Assembly: GCA_964016885.1 (NCBI GenBank)
Contig: OZ024744.1
Span: forward strand, 22,506,001-22,570,000
Reading direction: 5' to 3'
DNA: 64,000 nucleotides
Origin: Eledone cirrhosa
Lineage: Eukaryota
In this document: in pieces, positions 63,501-64,000 of the stretch
Numbering within the stretch: the stretch's first letter is position 1
How the letters are laid out: every line of letters starts with the position of its first letter
The notes under the pieces: model-generated
Databases searched by the model: none
Seen by the model: the letters and a program-made list of their open reading frames with translations, nothing else
What the model was told of the DNA's origin: nothing
Made by a program: the position numbers and the translations under genes

Positions 63501-64000
63501 GTCGTGGTGGTCAGTTATGTTGACATAGATAACATAGAGTGAGATGTTATCGTGGTGTTCAGTTAGGTTGACATAGATAACATAGAGTGAGATGTTGTCG
63601 TGGTTGTCAGTTAGGTTGACATAGATAACATAGAGTGGGATGTTGTCGTGGTGGTCAGTTAGGTTGACATAGATAACATAGGTGGGATGTTGTCGCCGAG
63701 GTCATTTAGGTTGACATATATAACATAGAGTGAAACGTTTTTCGTGGTGGTCAGTTAGGTTGACATAGATAACATAGAGTGAGATGTTGTCGTGGTGGTC
63801 AGTTATGTTGACATAGATAACATAGGTGGGATGTTGTCGTGGTGGTCAGTTAGGTTGACATAGATAACATAGGTGGGATGTTGTCGTGGTCAGTTAGGTT
63901 GACATAGATAACATAGGTGGGATGTTGTCGTGGTGGTCAGTTAGGTTGACATAGATAACATAGGTGGGATGTTGTCGTGGTGGTCAGTTAGGTTGACGTA

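Larger units (their letters stand above)
1..64000. repeat. Tandem satellite/minisatellite array, 44-48 bp monomer, about 1,350 copies, single orientation, running off both window ends
   Basis: TGGTCAGTTAGGTTGACATAGATAACATAG...ATGTTGTCGTGG recurs continuously; the first monomer is 1-47 and the second (48-bp type) is 48-95. No inversion or foreign insertion was seen in any line. Copy number is estimated from length / ~47. Confidence 0.99.

Noticed and set aside
1-64000. CRISPR array (constant part plus variable part)
   Set aside because: The variable segment is only 6-8 nt with a handful of recurring alleles. There are no unique spacers, no leader and no cas genes.
1-64000. Canonical telomerase-made telomeric tract (TTAGG)n, or TCAGG variants as a beetle-type telomere
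   Set aside because: TTAGG is never tandem and occurs once per 44-48 bp unit. TCAGG is a single SNV within one inherited module.
1-64000. Hidden unique insert, transposon, inversion or iteron-type plasmid origin
   Set aside because: Every line read conforms to the monomer in the same orientation. No non-repeat segment, terminal inverted repeat, rep gene or AT-rich unwinding region was seen.

Overview
The whole 64 kb window is one uninterrupted, head-to-tail tandem satellite/minisatellite array of roughly 1,350 monomers (64,000 / ~47), with no visible unique sequence, gene, RNA gene, transposon or CRISPR array. The consensus monomer is TGGTCAGTTAGGTTGACATAGATAACAT[AGGTGGG|AGAGTGAG|AGAGTGGG]ATGTTGTCG(TGG). 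This gives a 47-bp G-type, a 48-bp A-type and a 44/45-bp short form lacking one TGG. The + strand is strongly G-over-C skewed (17 G, 4 C, 15 T, 11 A in the 47-mer) and carries one TTAGG per unit. The interesting biology is structural. Each monomer has two imperfect dyads whose loops are TTAGG and the dimorphic A/G site. Ordered strings of variant monomers recur as higher-order modules, and the array splits into about four variant-defined domains. There are near-identical kb-scale tandem duplications (3,324, 1,416 and 2,868 bp) with smaller duplications nested inside them. A ~5-monomer block at 5.1-5.4 kb matches sequence 37 kb away. The two supplied ORFs are by-products of runs of 48-bp units. 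The organism and chromosomal location cannot be determined from this sequence; a eukaryotic heterochromatic or subtelomeric satellite is an inference. All comparisons were done by eye using diagnostic variants, so block boundaries are approximate.
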